A stretch of 64,000 nt of DNA from a virus (lineage: Duplodnaviria; Caudoviricetes). The DNA lies in the IMG/VR virus record IMGVR_UViG_3300014039_000311, positions 1 through 64,000 of that record. One strand, given 5' to 3'. The notes beneath the pieces were generated by a model. The model was not told the origin of the DNA. It saw nothing but the letters and a program-made list of their open reading frames with translations, and ran no database searches. The translations under genes and the position numbers were made by a program. This document shows, piece after piece, positions 27,919 through 38,597 of the stretch (positions are counted from its first letter, which is position 1; each line of letters begins with the position of its first letter).

Positions 27919-28437
27919 ATGGACGATAAGAAATATGCCTTCTTAATGATAAAATTCGACACCCCCGAATTTGTTAAAGACTTACAGTCTAAGATACCTA
28001 ATGATGAACTTTATTTCGACGATGAAAGTACAAATGATTACGGTATCGAAAAAGAAACACACGTGACATTAGTCCCTTGTCTTGATAATAATACTGACAT
28101 TGTAAAAATTAAAAAACACCTTAAAGACATCTCACATTATAAGACAATATTGACAAACATATCTTTATTTAAAAATGACAAATATGATGTCCTTAAATGC
28201 GATGCCCAATCAGTGTTATTAAAAGATACAAACAAAAGTATTACAGATGAATTTCCTTCACATTCAGAGTTTAAAGATTACCACCCCCATTTAACCATTG
28301 CTTATTTAAAAAGTGGTATGGGTGATAAGTACGTAAAGGATTGCCTTATACCTTTAGTAATATTAGAGCCGAAATGCTTTCTATACAGCTTTTACAATAA
28401 AAAGGGAGATTACGAGCAGTTATCGTTCACCGATTGA
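27919..28437 (+). CDS. 2H phosphoesterase (Acb1/T4 gp57B-like or 2'-5' RNA ligase family)
   Basis: Two HxT motifs: THVTL and YHPHLTIAY. Confidence 0.7.
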   Translation: MDDKKYAFLMIKFDTPEFVKDLQSKIPNDELYFDDESTNDYGIEKETHVTLVPCLDNNTDIVKIKKHLKDISHYKTILTNISLFKNDKYDVLKCDAQSVLLKDTNKSITDEFPSHSEFKDYHPHLTIAYLKSGMGDKYVKDCLIPLVILEPKCFLYSFYNKKGDYEQLSFTD

Positions 28438-28492
28438 TTTTTAACTTGATTATGACTATAATAAAAATATAAATAAGATTAAAGTATTTACA

Positions 28493-28951
28493 ATGAGTGA
28501 TAGTATTTTAAACCGTTACATGAAACAGCTTACTGAAGACAGAAAAAAAGAAAACAATGATTTCAGTGAAGATTTCGACATTAATGTCGACGATAATTAC
28601 AAGGAACAATATAAAGAAGAGCTGAACAAACAGAGAAATGCTATTCTTGATAACGAGAAACAATACAATGACCGAATAAATAAGACCTTGACTCGTCTAC
28701 ACGAGGATGAACAGAACGCCGACTTAATTAAGGATGAAGAAGTCGAACATGTAATAGTTAAACATTTCTATTGCCCTGAATGCGGTGAGGAATTAATAAG
28801 CAAAGCACCTCCTATGTTTAATCCATTTACGTATGAACGTATCTGTTTACATGAATGTAAATGTGGCAAACGTTATAATCTCGACTATGCTTATCCAAGG
28901 TTTGCCTTGATTAATAAGGACGGTAAAGAAATAAAGGCATTTGGCGTTTAA
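28493..28951 (+). CDS. Hypothetical zinc-ribbon protein
   Basis: CPECG...CKCG. Confidence 0.55.
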   Translation: MSDSILNRYMKQLTEDRKKENNDFSEDFDINVDDNYKEQYKEELNKQRNAILDNEKQYNDRINKTLTRLHEDEQNADLIKDEEVEHVIVKHFYCPECGEELISKAPPMFNPFTYERICLHECKCGKRYNLDYAYPRFALINKDGKEIKAFGV

Positions 28952-28956
28952 AGATT

Positions 28957-29592
28957 ATGAGAATTGCAATAGATTTAAATGATGTAGTAAGAGACTACAC
29001 GAATCAGTTTATTAAATGTTATCAAAAGATAATAGATCCTTCTTTTGAAATTACGGAAGAAGAAGTTACAGATTTTGATTTCTTTAATATTTTCCCATTC
29101 CCAGATCAGGATGGAAATACTGATAAAGACTTGTATTATCGTTTTAAGTACGAAGATGCCGCATATGACTTATTCGGTCGTGCTGAAGTGATGGATAAGA
29201 AAATACCTTCTGAAATGTCGCTATGGCTTCAAAATACTCTTAGGAACTTTGAATATGATAAAATACCTGAAGTATTGTTCGTAAGTCCTTTTGAAATGAA
29301 TTTAAGCATTCAGTCGACATTGTCTTTTTTAGCCAGAATCGGAACGAGAGTTCGTGAAATTTATTTTCCGACGGACAGTATGACTGTATGGGATAAATGT
29401 GACTTACTGATAACTGCGAACCCAAAATTAATCGAAAATGTACCAGAAGGCAAAAAGGTATTCAAGATAGAGACACCTTATAACAAAGAAATAAAGACAG
29501 AATATACCTATGAAGGTTTTATTGATGTAATACACGACGAAAATAATGTTTTATCGGATATAATTGAGAACTATGGAAATACTGAGGTTTAA
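28957..29592 (+). CDS. HAD-family 5'(3')-nucleotidase-like protein
   Basis: N-terminal MRIAIDLNDVVRD; DLLI...PYN. Confidence 0.6.
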   Translation: MRIAIDLNDVVRDYTNQFIKCYQKIIDPSFEITEEEVTDFDFFNIFPFPDQDGNTDKDLYYRFKYEDAAYDLFGRAEVMDKKIPSEMSLWLQNTLRNFEYDKIPEVLFVSPFEMNLSIQSTLSFLARIGTRVREIYFPTDSMTVWDKCDLLITANPKLIENVPEGKKVFKIETPYNKEIKTEYTYEGFIDVIHDENNVLSDIIENYGNTEV

Positions 29593-29968
29593 TGATAAAT
29601 CGTATACCATTAATATTGACAAATTAATGGAATGGATTAGTTCGTCTGTAAATGGTAATGATAACCAGTTGCAGACAACGGTAACTGAAGTGTGGGCAAA
29701 ACCAGATACTGAAATTATCAATGAAGACGGCGAGATAAACGATGACCTTGATTTGGTATCAAAAGAAATGACGGACGTTAAGTCAGACAACACGGCGATA
29801 ACGGCTAAATTTGAGATAATGAAAGATATATTAGGTGTCGTGCTAGATATCAATTATAATCCTGATGGCTCATTGAAATTAGAGGATAGTTTTACACTAA
29901 GTGAAGTATTATGTTTAAATACTTTAGTTAATAATGGAATAATTTATGAAATCGACGAAAATGAATAA
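29573..29968 (+). CDS. Hypothetical protein
   Basis: ORF in tight operon; likely ATG at 29573. Confidence 0.55.
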   Translation: MEILRFNDKSYTINIDKLMEWISSSVNGNDNQLQTTVTEVWAKPDTEIINEDGEINDDLDLVSKEMTDVKSDNTAITAKFEIMKDILGVVLDINYNPDGSLKLEDSFTLSEVLCLNTLVNNGIIYEIDENE

Positions 29969-31118
29969 TACGGTTATCGATAGAATTGACAAGGCAATAG
30001 CTGACCTTAAAAATAATAATTTCACTATATATTTCTTCATTGCCGACTGTAAAAATGTTCCAAACAGTAGTATGGAATATATATATGAAATGGCGAAAAC
30101 TCTCAAGGATAACAAATATAATGTTACAATGCTTTATCAGTTAGACAATGAGTATAGTGATGAAGAACTTGATGAATTAAATCGCAAAGAAAAATATATT
30201 GACACAAACAAGACATTTATCGGTGTAAGGGAATGGTTAGGTGATGAATACGCCGACATTCCGCATATGAATATATCAAAAGGAAATTGGTCAGTATCAC
30301 CTTCTGATTATTTATTTATTCCTGAAGCTTTCTCCTCTTTGATGTATCAGACATATAAACTTAACGCCCCTTGTAAACGTTATGTCATTTTACAAAATTA
30401 TAATTATGTGACTGATTTTATACCTTTGGGTGTCGAATGGAAAAATTATGGTATTTGTGATGTATTAGCGTCGACTGATAAATTGGCAAATACGATACAA
30501 TCTGTATTCCCTTATGTTAGGACTAAGGTTATACCTCCATTTATTAATGAATGCTATCGAAAGCCTTTAACGCCCCATAAACTTTGCGTAAACGTTATTT
30601 CCAAGAAACAAAGTGATGTTAATAATCTAATAAAAACTTTCTATTGGAAATATCCTGTGTACAAGTTCATTTCCTTTATGGATGTTAGAAATTTCAGTCG
30701 TGAAGAATACTGCAAAGCACTTAAAAACGGTGCGATTACTGTATGGATTGACGATGACACTGAGTTTGGGCATACACCTCTACAAGCAATGCGATGTGGT
30801 GATATTGTAATCGGAAAAATACCGGAAACGATTCCTGAGTGGATGCAAGATGAAGAAGGAGTAATTAATAATGGTTTCTGGACATATAATAGAGAAACGT
30901 TGCCTGATGTATTAGCAAAAGTAATCGCATCTTGGATGCAAGATGAAATACCATCGGAGTTAACAAATAGTGTAGAAAGTACAAATCAAAAATATTCTCA
31001 TAAAGAATGGAACGAGAATGTGACAAGTTTCATCAAGGCATCCGTCGAGGAAAGAATTAATGAATTCAAAATGATTAAAGATGGAGAAATCAATAATAAT
31101 GTAAATGACAATAACTAA
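29961..31118 (+). CDS. Glycosyltransferase (GT-B fold, GT4-like)
   Basis: DYLFIPE; C-terminal EFGHTPLQAMRCG (variant of E-x7-E-AM). Confidence 0.6.
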   Translation: MNNTVIDRIDKAIADLKNNNFTIYFFIADCKNVPNSSMEYIYEMAKTLKDNKYNVTMLYQLDNEYSDEELDELNRKEKYIDTNKTFIGVREWLGDEYADIPHMNISKGNWSVSPSDYLFIPEAFSSLMYQTYKLNAPCKRYVILQNYNYVTDFIPLGVEWKNYGICDVLASTDKLANTIQSVFPYVRTKVIPPFINECYRKPLTPHKLCVNVISKKQSDVNNLIKTFYWKYPVYKFISFMDVRNFSREEYCKALKNGAITVWIDDDTEFGHTPLQAMRCGDIVIGKIPETIPEWMQDEEGVINNGFWTYNRETLPDVLAKVIASWMQDEIPSELTNSVESTNQKYSHKEWNENVTSFIKASVEERINEFKMIKDGEINNNVNDNN

Positions 31119-31936
31119 TGGACATTACAGTAATTTTACCTATACATAAGTTAGAAAACGAGGATAACGAATATTTGAAGAAATCGTTGGCAAGTTATAT
31201 TGCCAATACGAAGACCTATTCTCAAGGCGAGCTAAAATTGTTAGTTATTTCTTCAAAAGAAGCCTTGCAAACCGTTTCTACAATCGTGAATTCAACGATG
31301 AATGGCTTAACGAATAATTATTCTATTGTCATTAATGATGGCGACACTGATTTCTGTTCACAGATTAACGCCGCTGTTAAGCTAATAGACACTGAATTTT
31401 TCTCAATTCTCGAAATGGACGATGAATACCAATCCAAGTGGTTTAATATGGCATACGAATGGTATAAAGCCGAGACAAGTGCCAGTGTTTTCTTGCCTAT
31501 TAACGTACAGTATAACGAGGAACATACAAAATGGCAATTCGGTAATGAATTGGTGTGGGCAAACTCTTTTTCAAATGAATTAGGCGTGATTGATTTTGAC
31601 TGCCTTGACAATTGTTCGACATTTAATTTGACAGGAGGTATTTTTAACACTAATGACTTTATCAAAATAGGAGGCTTGAAACCATCTATTAAAATAGCCT
31701 TTAATTATGAGTTCTTATTGAGAGTGACAGACAAAAAGCTTAAAGTTATTGTTGTACCTAAAGAGGGATATAGACATTTAATCGGTCGAAAAGGCAGTCT
31801 TACATCTGAATACGAAGCAACAATAGATGACAAAGACGTGAAAAAATGGTTTGATTTAGCCAAATGTGAGTACCCTTATGTGAAGGATAGAAAAAAGAAA
31901 ATAGTCAGTGATAACAAAAAGGAAATTTTAAAATAA
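31118..31936 (+). CDS. Glycosyltransferase family 2 (GT-A)
   Basis: ITVILPIH, QINAAV...TEFFSILEMDD, IGGLK...YEFLLR. Confidence 0.7.
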   Translation: MDITVILPIHKLENEDNEYLKKSLASYIANTKTYSQGELKLLVISSKEALQTVSTIVNSTMNGLTNNYSIVINDGDTDFCSQINAAVKLIDTEFFSILEMDDEYQSKWFNMAYEWYKAETSASVFLPINVQYNEEHTKWQFGNELVWANSFSNELGVIDFDCLDNCSTFNLTGGIFNTNDFIKIGGLKPSIKIAFNYEFLLRVTDKKLKVIVVPKEGYRHLIGRKGSLTSEYEATIDDKDVKKWFDLAKCEYPYVKDRKKKIVSDNKKEILK

Positions 31937-31955
31937 AGATGATAATTCCCTATGG

Positions 31956-32711
31956 ATGGAAGAGACAACAGTAACAGTACCGAAGAAAAGAGGCCGAAAG
32001 CCATCGAAAAGAAAAAGAAAAGGTTATTTTTACGAAGAACAGGAAGAGGCATTCATAAAATATGTGACAAGTGAAAGTCAATCGGAGAGAGATAGGATTT
32101 TTCGTGACAAACTTTATCCCGCCTTTACTAAGATGATAGAGTCAATCATTAGGAGATATGATTTATTTACTCCTAATGAAGACTTTGAAGATACTTTCTG
32201 TGATACGATGTCTTTCTTGATAACAAAAGTAAATAACTTTGATCCTGCGAAGGGATATAAAGTATATTCATACTGTGGCACGGTTTGTAAAAACTATTTG
32301 ATTTACAAACGTACACAGATGATGAAGCAATTACAGAGACAATCATCATATGATGTAGTATTCACAAATGGTGACAAGGACAATCGCTCCAACGATAACA
32401 GCAAGATAGAAACAATGATTTTCAATAATGATTTAATCGAAGCAACCATTAAAGAGATTAAAAGAATAATCGACATAGAAAATCCTGTATTAAAGCCTTC
32501 TGAAAATGAAATTATCGTCGGCTATTGCCTTATAGAGATGTTAACCAATTGGGAAGAAATATTTAAACAAATTTCGAGTAAAAAATTTAACAAGACATCT
32601 TTCTTGTATTTCGTTAAAGAATATACTAGATTGGAAACCAAGGATATTAGGGAAGCAATGAAACGTTACAAGGAACTTTATTTCTTTACTAAGCAAAAAC
32701 TATTAAAGTAA
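31956..32711 (+). CDS. Phage sigma factor (gp55-like/sigma70 region 2), candidate late sigma
   Basis: KMIESIIRRY...FED...FLITKVNNFDPAKGYKVYSYCGTVCKNYLI resembles sigma regions 2.1-2.4. Confidence 0.65.
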   Translation: MEETTVTVPKKRGRKPSKRKRKGYFYEEQEEAFIKYVTSESQSERDRIFRDKLYPAFTKMIESIIRRYDLFTPNEDFEDTFCDTMSFLITKVNNFDPAKGYKVYSYCGTVCKNYLIYKRTQMMKQLQRQSSYDVVFTNGDKDNRSNDNSKIETMIFNNDLIEATIKEIKRIIDIENPVLKPSENEIIVGYCLIEMLTNWEEIFKQISSKKFNKTSFLYFVKEYTRLETKDIREAMKRYKELYFFTKQKLLK

Positions 32712-32740
32712 TACTTATCTATAAAGTATAAATAACTAAT

Positions 32741-33160
32741 ATGGCAGCAATAAAAAAGAGATACAAGTTAAGATTAAATTCACTTGATAAAATTGAAGAA
32801 TTGTTACAAGAATTATATAACGAAGCAGATAAGAACATTGTCGAAATTCAAAATCAAATGAATAAACTGTCAAATTCTGTTGCGTTGAATGATGAAATCA
32901 TGGATTCTAAGACTAAGTACGCAAAGGCGATGAACGATTTCATTACTAATAAAGACAAAGCGATAGGAAGAAAATTGGACATTGCCAAATTGATGACTGA
33001 GATTCATAAATTCAATGGCGATGTCAGAAAAATGGTAGATAATGAGGAATCGGTAGGTAATTGGGAAGACTTGAAAGACACTGTTCTGACAACTTCGGAC
33101 AGTGATGAAAACAATGAGCAGACTGAGACTGACAGTTATTCTATTAACAAACATTCATAA
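32741..33160 (+). CDS. Hypothetical helical protein
   Basis: 139-aa coiled-coil ORF. Confidence 0.55.
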   Translation: MAAIKKRYKLRLNSLDKIEELLQELYNEADKNIVEIQNQMNKLSNSVALNDEIMDSKTKYAKAMNDFITNKDKAIGRKLDIAKLMTEIHKFNGDVRKMVDNEESVGNWEDLKDTVLTTSDSDENNEQTETDSYSINKHS

Positions 33161-33165
33161 ACGAA

Positions 33166-35172
33166 ATGGCGAATATAAAACAAGTTAAAAGTGAATCGTT
33201 GGCATTAATTGACGCTGTTATGTCAATATTGGATAAATACCCGAATTTAAGCAACGGTAACACATATCTTTCAGTAAATACCTCCACTAATCCCTTTGAG
33301 TACCTGATGGACTGCTTCAAAGGGACTATTGGTTATGATGCATTGATAAATATAATATCAACTTTTATTTCAACAGGATTACCTGCATTAGAAGTTGCGG
33401 TAAAAGGTATATTATTGACTAATATAAAAAACTTATTGACTTGTTCATTAAACCCCTTTATTACTGATGAAATATTAAGAGAAGGCATCGTTTTTGATTT
33501 GTCACAAATAGATATTACGGACAAATTAAAATATTCCCCATTAAGTTCAAAAGGTAAATATTATTACTTCGGCTGTGGAAAATGCGAAACCGCCCTTGAT
33601 GTAAGGGATACCTGTACTAAGAAAAGTAATCTGTTCAAGAATACTCTCGGAGGTTTCGTTCCATCATATACAAGTGATGAACGTGAGGATTCTGATTTCG
33701 ATTGTCTCTTATGGTATATGAAAAATCGTGCCGTTAGACGAGAAGTATGGTCAAGAGACCCTAAGGAGACTGCTAAATCTGCGACGGAGAAAGAAACTAA
33801 AAAAGATGGTATATTAACTCTTGAATTTAATGAATCTTCACGCTCGATAAGAAATGCTGAAGGGCAACCTTCGTATATGCAAACACCATATCTCAATGTG
33901 TTACACGTCTTTATAGGTAACGCCCAAGAAATCGTCGGAAGTAATTATAAAACATATGAGAATGAACTGTCTGATATCGAGATACAATTGAAAGATTGCA
34001 ATGCTGAAATCGACAAAGGACAGAAACGGATAGATAAAACCAATAACAATATTACGAAAATCGAAGAACAATTTCGAGATAATGAAATCGATGAGGATAA
34101 CTATAATAGGCAGCACACCTCTTTATTGGATAAATTAGCCAAATACGAAGAGAAAATGTCCGAGCTTGAGAGTGAAAGATGTAAGATATTTGAAGAAAAA
34201 GCAAAGGCATTACAGAAATTAAAAAACGCTTCGCAAGACAGAGCATATCGTAAAATAGACACCAATTATTATCATCACAAGACCTTAATTGAATTTAATA
34301 CCGATTATGTTAATTCACTACGTCTATTCGATAGTAAAGTTGTCGCTGCAAGATTGATAGATAGTTTAACTGGGTTATTATCAATAGACTTAGATTTATC
34401 ATACAAGCAACTATTGATACGTAACGAGATTAATAAAATGGTTTCAGCTGTAGTTGAAAGCGATGATGTTGTGGTGAATGATTGTTTCTTCTCTTTCTCG
34501 AATGATGAATATAATTCAATGGTTCAAAAGAGTGAATATAATAAAATGGGCTTGTATTCATCAGATGGTACTAATACATCAGGTGTGAAAATTGATGCGG
34601 AAAGTCTATTGCAGCAATTAAACGGTATTGATTCATCTGCAACAAAAGAAGAAGTCAACACAATTATCAAAGGAAGTATTACTGAGATAAGCAAACAGTT
34701 ATCAAAAGTCGATTATCTTGAAACAGACCAGTTAAATTTCGGTTTGCAAATAAATTTTATCGAAAAACTAATGAACAACCTTGCTAATGTCATTGTTCAA
34801 TCGATATTGTCACCAAAAGTTTATTTGTTAATATTAATCAATCTGAAACTGTTAGGGCAGGATGTTAATTTCAATCTTGAAGGATTTATTGAGAAGTTTA
34901 AACAACTTATTGTGAATTTGATAAGGTCTATTCGAGATTACTTAATTCAATACCTTGTAGATAAATTGATGTCGATATTATCTGATTTGGTAAAAGAAAT
35001 CGCAATAAAGATAAACATTGAGCAAGCACAATATTATGCACGATTAATCAAGAAATTGATAGATTGCTTCAAGAATAACGGTAATGGAATGGACATGGAC
35101 TTTAGTATTGATAATGTCGACTATGCTGACATATATCAGCAAGAAACTGAAAATAATACAGATAAATGTTAA
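33166..35172 (+). CDS. Hypothetical protein, probably virion/baseplate associated
   Basis: 668 aa with central coiled coil, in an operon with the spike gene. Confidence 0.5.
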   Translation: MANIKQVKSESLALIDAVMSILDKYPNLSNGNTYLSVNTSTNPFEYLMDCFKGTIGYDALINIISTFISTGLPALEVAVKGILLTNIKNLLTCSLNPFITDEILREGIVFDLSQIDITDKLKYSPLSSKGKYYYFGCGKCETALDVRDTCTKKSNLFKNTLGGFVPSYTSDEREDSDFDCLLWYMKNRAVRREVWSRDPKETAKSATEKETKKDGILTLEFNESSRSIRNAEGQPSYMQTPYLNVLHVFIGNAQEIVGSNYKTYENELSDIEIQLKDCNAEIDKGQKRIDKTNNNITKIEEQFRDNEIDEDNYNRQHTSLLDKLAKYEEKMSELESERCKIFEEKAKALQKLKNASQDRAYRKIDTNYYHHKTLIEFNTDYVNSLRLFDSKVVAARLIDSLTGLLSIDLDLSYKQLLIRNEINKMVSAVVESDDVVVNDCFFSFSNDEYNSMVQKSEYNKMGLYSSDGTNTSGVKIDAESLLQQLNGIDSSATKEEVNTIIKGSITEISKQLSKVDYLETDQLNFGLQINFIEKLMNNLANVIVQSILSPKVYLLILINLKLLGQDVNFNLEGFIEKFKQLIVNLIRSIRDYLIQYLVDKLMSILSDLVKEIAIKINIEQAQYYARLIKKLIDCFKNNGNGMDMDFSIDNVDYADIYQQETENNTDKC

Positions 35173-35177
35173 TTTAA

Positions 35178-35573
35178 ATGAGTTGGATTGAAAATATTGC
35201 TAATGGTATAAATAAAGCACTTAAGTCGGTTAGACCTGCATTACCCGCAATTCCTGCGTTATTATTAATCTGTGAACTTAAAAGAAGACCAGGACTGAGT
35301 GCCATTGCTTTGACAAGTGCGATTATTAGTCGTCTAAATGAGGCTGGTATTACGACGGGTGTAAATGAAGACGGCTCACAAAATAAAATTAACAAATTCG
35401 TTAGAATAATGTGTGAGGAAATGATTAACGAAATAAAGGATAATGCTGTCGTTAATGCTGTTATTGAACCTGGTAGTGTCATTACTACGGGCACAGGTGC
35501 TAATGCTGGTGGACCTGTCACAGTTATATCTACGAATACAATGGTTTCACAATTATCAGGTTTAATTAGATAG
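35178..35573 (+). CDS. Hypothetical protein (possible baseplate component)
   Basis: 131 aa, C-terminal GTGANAGGPVTV. Confidence 0.5.
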   Translation: MSWIENIANGINKALKSVRPALPAIPALLLICELKRRPGLSAIALTSAIISRLNEAGITTGVNEDGSQNKINKFVRIMCEEMINEIKDNAVVNAVIEPGSVITTGTGANAGGPVTVISTNTMVSQLSGLIR

Positions 35574-35579
35574 AAATAA

Positions 35580-35765
35580 ATGGCAAAGAATTACAATATA
35601 TTAAGTACATCTGAATTAAAGGATGAAATTAGAAAATTAACCGAACAATTCAACAAGGCAAAAGAAACATTATCTGAAAATTATAAGATAATGGAAGAAA
35701 CTTCTAACAAGTATGAAGAAATTCAAGCTATAATTAATAAGAGGGAAGGAAAATCAAATGATTAA
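35580..35765 (+). CDS. Small coiled-coil hypothetical protein
   Basis: 61-aa ORF coupled to the next gene. Confidence 0.5.
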   Translation: MAKNYNILSTSELKDEIRKLTEQFNKAKETLSENYKIMEETSNKYEEIQAIINKREGKSND

Positions 35766-36624
35766 TATAATACGTTTTTGTGAAGTATTGAGTGTCGTCG
35801 ATGACAAAGCAGGATTGCGCATCAAAGTTCGTTTAGAACCTGAGGATGCCGACTGTAAGTATATCGACGACTTGCCGTATTGTTTTCCTTTATTGCCAAA
35901 ATTAATACACATTAATCCAAAAGTAGGGGAATGCGTAATGGTGATACTGACAGACCCAGATTCACCTAAGGGGAACAGATTATTTATTGGCCCTGTCATC
36001 TCTCAGCAATACGGTTTAAATTATGAACCATTTCGCTTTCAATCAAGGGCATTGTTAAATGGAAATAATTATGCCAAACCATTACCAGATCCTATAATGA
36101 ATGCTGATAATGATGGCTCATATCCTGATAGAGAGGACGTTGCATTACAAGGCAGACAAAATGCCGATGTAATATTAAAGGATAATGAGGTAAGAATAAG
36201 ATGTGGTTTTAAACGTTATCCGAACGGTAAACCTGAGAATACGTTGTTGTTCAATCGAGATAACTTATCATATATACAAATGAAGTACAAACAGATGCAG
36301 GATGAAAAGAATAAAGATTATGCCTCTTGTATTAACCTTGTTGCTGATAAAATTAATTTATTGTCCCATAATTCAAAGACGATGTTTAACCTTAATAATC
36401 CGAAGCAACTTATTACCGATGAAGAACAACAAAATATAGAAAAAGAAGCGCACCCTATGATTTATGGCGACGAATTGGTGGAATTCTTAAAAAAACTAAT
36501 AGAAGTTATCAAGACCCACACACACCCATTCTCTATGGATCCACCTTGTTTTAATGAACCTAAGACAAAGGTGTTGAACACTGACTTGGACAGTATGTTA
36601 TCGAAATCAATAAAGTTCAATTAA
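35758..36624 (+). CDS. Baseplate central spike (gp5/gpV-like OB fold)
   Basis: N-terminal VxSVxD...RIKVR...PKVGExV OB-fold pattern; C-terminal HTH metal-binding spike motif. Confidence 0.65.
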   Translation: MINIIRFCEVLSVVDDKAGLRIKVRLEPEDADCKYIDDLPYCFPLLPKLIHINPKVGECVMVILTDPDSPKGNRLFIGPVISQQYGLNYEPFRFQSRALLNGNNYAKPLPDPIMNADNDGSYPDREDVALQGRQNADVILKDNEVRIRCGFKRYPNGKPENTLLFNRDNLSYIQMKYKQMQDEKNKDYASCINLVADKINLLSHNSKTMFNLNNPKQLITDEEQQNIEKEAHPMIYGDELVEFLKKLIEVIKTHTHPFSMDPPCFNEPKTKVLNTDLDSMLSKSIKFN

Positions 36625-36632
36625 TATTGTTA

Positions 36633-36657
36633 TAATCGCCTATGGAATGGGCGATTA
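36633..36657 (+). terminator. Terminator-like hairpin
   Basis: TAATCGCCTAT-GGA-ATGGGCGATTA. Confidence 0.55.
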
Positions 36658-36696
36658 ATTTATTTTACAAATATTTATATTAAAAGTCTTTTTAAT

Positions 36697-38133
36697 ATGG
36701 CTATAGTAACAAGGACATATTTGGAAAAATGTAATACTATTGTTAAGGATAACCACGCCAACTTGTCTCTGAATCCAATAATGGAGATAAATTACGGTAA
36801 CATGTTATCCAGGGGTATTATATATTTTGATCATACGAAAGTAAAAAAATTGGTCGACGATAAAACATATCCTGACATTAATAAGCTAAAGCATATACTA
36901 CATATGACAAATACATCATCGATTGTTGATAAAAATATAAATCGATGTGGTATGGATTCACAAATGGATGGTCATAAGCAACGTGCGGCATCTTTCGACT
37001 TAATATTCTTTTTGATACCTAATGAATGGGATAATGGAAAAGGTTTTGACTACATTATGGACTTATACAATGGTGGACATCGTGGCGTAAGTACCGACGG
37101 TTCTAACTGGTATAAGTTCCGTAATCATTTTAGATGGATGGAAGATGGAATATATTCAACTGAAACACTATCAAGAGAACTTGATTTAGCGACATCGATG
37201 AATGGAAATCTATCTGATAAGATAATAGGTTTTCAACATTTCGACTATGGTAATGAAAATATTGAGTTGGATATTACCTGCCTAATGAATAAATTTATTA
37301 CAGGTGAGATTAAAAACTATGGTATAGGCATTGCTTATGCACCTTCGTTTGAAGGAATGAATACAAAATTGTCACAGTATGTAGGCTTTTTTACAAATCA
37401 TACACGTGGCTTTTTTGAGCCTTATGTCGAGACAACATATAATGATATTATAAAAGACGACAGAACAAATTTCTATTTAGATAAAGACAATAAACTATAC
37501 TTCTATAGTATTATCGGAGGCAATTACACAAATCTTGATGAAATACCTACTTGTATAATAAATGATACTAACTATGAGGTAAAACAAGCAACCAAAGGTA
37601 TCTATTATATCAACATTAATCTATCATCGAATGACTACGATATTGATACAATGTTATATGATAATTGGTCAAACATAATATACAAAGGTCATCGTTTTAA
37701 AGATGTCGAACTACAATTTGTGACGAAATCCGATGAAAGTTACTTTAAATTCGGTCTTCCTAATGAGGGTAATAACGATAATGAGATTGTTCCTTCGTTA
37801 TATGGTATCGGTGTTAATGAAAGAATACTACAGGGAGATATACGTAAGGTAAATGTAGAATGTAAGATACCTTATAGTAGCAAACAAATGAGAGCAGTCG
37901 ACGGTCTTGAGTATCGGTTATACGTTAATGAAGGAACTGAAGAATATGAAGTGATTAATTGGCAAAAAGTAGAAATAGGGTATAATGAAAATTACTTCTT
38001 GATAAATACGAATGAATTAATACCTCATAGATATTTCATAGACATTAAGGTAAAAAAAGGTCTCGAAGAATTTATTTATAAAAAATCATTGCAATTTGAT
38101 ATTGTCAGTATAACAAATAATAAAAAAGTTTAA
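36697..38133 (+). CDS. Putative virion structural protein
   Basis: 478-aa beta-rich ORF preceded by TATTTAT (36672-36678). Confidence 0.5.
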   Translation: MAIVTRTYLEKCNTIVKDNHANLSLNPIMEINYGNMLSRGIIYFDHTKVKKLVDDKTYPDINKLKHILHMTNTSSIVDKNINRCGMDSQMDGHKQRAASFDLIFFLIPNEWDNGKGFDYIMDLYNGGHRGVSTDGSNWYKFRNHFRWMEDGIYSTETLSRELDLATSMNGNLSDKIIGFQHFDYGNENIELDITCLMNKFITGEIKNYGIGIAYAPSFEGMNTKLSQYVGFFTNHTRGFFEPYVETTYNDIIKDDRTNFYLDKDNKLYFYSIIGGNYTNLDEIPTCIINDTNYEVKQATKGIYYININLSSNDYDIDTMLYDNWSNIIYKGHRFKDVELQFVTKSDESYFKFGLPNEGNNDNEIVPSLYGIGVNERILQGDIRKVNVECKIPYSSKQMRAVDGLEYRLYVNEGTEEYEVINWQKVEIGYNENYFLINTNELIPHRYFIDIKVKKGLEEFIYKKSLQFDIVSITNNKKV

Positions 38134-38143
38134 CATAAGAAAA

Positions 38144-38572
38144 ATGATAGCATTAAACGAAAACGATTATAGAAACATCATTGAGAATTGCGTCAGAAGA
38201 CTCATTAAAGAAGACATATACGATGATGAAGAAGAAATAACACCTTTTGATGACTATGCGCAAGATTATCCTAACGATGGCTTCAATGTCGATAATATGG
38301 ATAGGGATGAACTTGCCGAATGGTGTCTTGAAAACGATTTCTTATATATTTACAACCCATTCGGTAATTGGCGAATTTCTTGTGCAAACTCAAGTGAAAT
38401 CCAAGAGGATATTGCGAACGATATACGGAACTGTGCCTATATTGAAAAAACTCACGAAATGGATTGGCTGATTGAAAATAAGAAAAATCTATTCGGTTAT
38501 CGTTCGCACATTGCGGTGTTTAAATTACATAACACCAAGGATGGTGATTATTATGTAATTTACGAAGAATAA
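38144..38572 (+). CDS. Probable internal head protein
   Basis: N-terminal IALNENDYRNIIENCVRRLIKE leader. Confidence 0.55.
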   Translation: MIALNENDYRNIIENCVRRLIKEDIYDDEEEITPFDDYAQDYPNDGFNVDNMDRDELAEWCLENDFLYIYNPFGNWRISCANSSEIQEDIANDIRNCAYIEKTHEMDWLIENKKNLFGYRSHIAVFKLHNTKDGDYYVIYEE

Positions 38573-38597
38573 TGATTCTATTTATTAAAAATATATA

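Noticed and set aside
41-28465. Possible third promoter class TTTAAC-N-TA(C/G)TAT (near 42, 5766, 28440)
   Set aside because: Few instances with variable spacing in very AT-rich DNA; cannot be distinguished from chance
32741-33160. Terminase small subunit call
   Set aside because: Size and helicity fit, but there is no recognisable motif and it is not adjacent to terL
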